From positions 1 through 25,168 of IMG/VR virus record IMGVR_UViG_3300025736_000182: a stretch of 25,168 nucleotides of DNA. One strand, given 5' to 3'. The translations under genes were made by a program, and so were the position numbers. Shown piece by piece: positions 24,010-25,168 of the stretch; positions within the stretch are counted from its first letter, which is position 1, and each line of letters starts with the position of its first letter. The DNA comes from a virus. Lineage: Duplodnaviria > Caudoviricetes. The notes below the pieces were generated by a model. That model did not search any database, was not told the DNA's origin, and worked only from the letters and a program-made list of their open reading frames with translations.

Positions 24010-24744
24010 ATGACTGCAAGCTCAAACATGAATTTAGAGAGTAGAGTAGGATTCGGTCCTATTCCTCCGGCGCAGGGTATTTATGAAGAAAGCGCTACAC
24101 AGAAGGCTGAATTAGGCCGTAGGATCTGTGTAGGTGATAGAGTGTACAGATACGCATACGCTGGTGGTGTTGCTCTCTTGCCGGGGAAGCTCGTATACCC
24201 CGCCGATCTCACACCAGAGATTGACAAAAACCCGGCGGCTGCCGTGGTTGCAGGTAAGTATGCAGTGACTATTGCCACAGCCGCAGCTCAGCTCAACATG
24301 GCTGAGGGTTATCTGTGTATTAACAACGATGGTGGTGAGGGAATGCTGTATAGGATTAAGACTAGTGCCGCGAATGCTACCACTTCCACAAGCACAGATC
24401 TCGTTCTCTACGATCCCATTGTGACCGCATTGGCGACCACGACCGAGGTAATCCTCATGTCCAGTATGTACTATGACCTGGATTTGAGTACCTTGATTAC
24501 AGACACCGTCGCGGGCATTGCGCCGATTCCGGTCACCGCGAATTACTACTTCTGGTGCCAAACCTGGGGACCTTGCCTTGCACTGGGCGCAGCGGCCACC
24601 GCAGCGGGTTCTATTGTAGTTCCGCATACCGATAATGGAGCTGTCGCAATCCAGTCTGTATTTACCTCCGGCATTATCGGCACGCAGCTTGTAGTAGGTG
24701 TAAGTGGTGAGTATCGTCCCATTTACCTGCGCATCGCACCGTAG
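24010..24744 (+). CDS. Probable capsid decoration/cement protein
   Basis: 'GDRVYRYAYAG' and 'YFWCQTWGPC' motifs seen in post-MCP decoration-type proteins; AAGGAG RBS. Confidence 0.55.
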   Translation: MTASSNMNLESRVGFGPIPPAQGIYEESATQKAELGRRICVGDRVYRYAYAGGVALLPGKLVYPADLTPEIDKNPAAAVVAGKYAVTIATAAAQLNMAEGYLCINNDGGEGMLYRIKTSAANATTSTSTDLVLYDPIVTALATTTEVILMSSMYYDLDLSTLITDTVAGIAPIPVTANYYFWCQTWGPCLALGAAATAAGSIVVPHTDNGAVAIQSVFTSGIIGTQLVVGVSGEYRPIYLRIAP

Positions 24745-24761
24745 AAGAGAGGAGATAAAGT

Positions 24762-25010
24762 ATGGCTATTACAGGAGTAAAGCTCTTCCAGACTGTTATG
24801 GGAGACAAGATAGTGGGAGCACACACTGTCACAGGAGATGCGTCTGGTACCACCTATGACGTACCTCTGTTGAAGATTGACAGTGCTTGGTACCAGCATG
24901 GTACAGACACTGCCACCGATCAGAAGTTGAGTTGGAGTGGGAATACTGTTACATTCTCCACGGCGATTTCCAGCTCAGGAACTGGTATTCTTAACTACAT
25001 AGGGGTGTAG
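24762..25010 (+). CDS. Small beta-rich virion protein, 82 aa
   Basis: GAGGAG RBS; Thr/Gly/Ser-rich; structural operon context. Confidence 0.65.
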   Translation: MAITGVKLFQTVMGDKIVGAHTVTGDASGTTYDVPLLKIDSAWYQHGTDTATDQKLSWSGNTVTFSTAISSSGTGILNYIGV

Positions 25011-25042
25011 ACACACCATGGAGGGATAGTATAGAATAGATG

Positions 25043-25111
25043 AAGAGTGCTGTGGGCTTAGTGGTATTCCCTCCTGTCCCTAGGTCTTCCCTAACAGCAC
25101 TCTTTTCTTTT
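25043..25111 (+). terminator. Long-loop stem followed by a T-tract (putative terminator)
   Basis: AAGAGTGCTGT (25043-25053) / ACAGCACTCTT (25094-25104) then TTCTTTT. Confidence 0.45.
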
Positions 25112-25149
25112 ATTTAGTAACATATAGTAAAAAGCAAATAGGAGAAAAA

Positions 25150-25168
25150 ATGGGAAATTATAATGACG
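25150..25168 (+). CDS. Start of the next late gene (MGNYND...), truncated by the window edge
   Basis: AGGAG RBS just upstream of the ATG at 25150. Confidence 0.55.

Overview
This window is a fragment of a tailed dsDNA bacteriophage genome (Caudoviricetes; the head and ejection genes look most like those of a P22-type podophage). I see no host genes, integrase, tRNA or CRISPR array. It has two divergent arms. The left arm (1-8889, minus strand) holds early genes: a degenerate HNH-like Zn protein, small accessory proteins, a 3D-domain protein, a DUF4120-like protein, a Cas4/AddB-like PD-(D/E)XK exonuclease, a HARP-like/J-domain fusion, a secreted DUF5648-like protein, a vWA protein, a Sak4-like AAA_24 ATPase and a DUF669-like SSB. 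The right arm (11130-25168, plus strand) holds late genes: TerS, TerL, a 732-aa protein with split ART-PolyVal-like motifs, a Zn finger, a membrane protein, a fibre-like protein, portal, GNAT-like and Gly-rich ejection-like proteins, scaffold, major capsid and a decoration-like protein. Between the arms is a ~2.2 kb mostly non-coding control region. It contains a 76-nt poly(A) tract enclosed by an imperfect inverted repeat, one stand-alone promoter-gene-terminator unit, and a repeat-rich candidate packaging region. The most notable unexplained signals are: the IR-flanked poly(A) element; a palindromic operator-like motif (AAYGRTTCA-N5-TGAAY) in five copies across both arms; a DnaA-box/mini-hairpin element between terS and terL; a rod-like candidate ncRNA; and the J-domain/vWA/secreted-protein cassette inside the recombination module. 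All family assignments come from motif recognition by eye; no searches were run.
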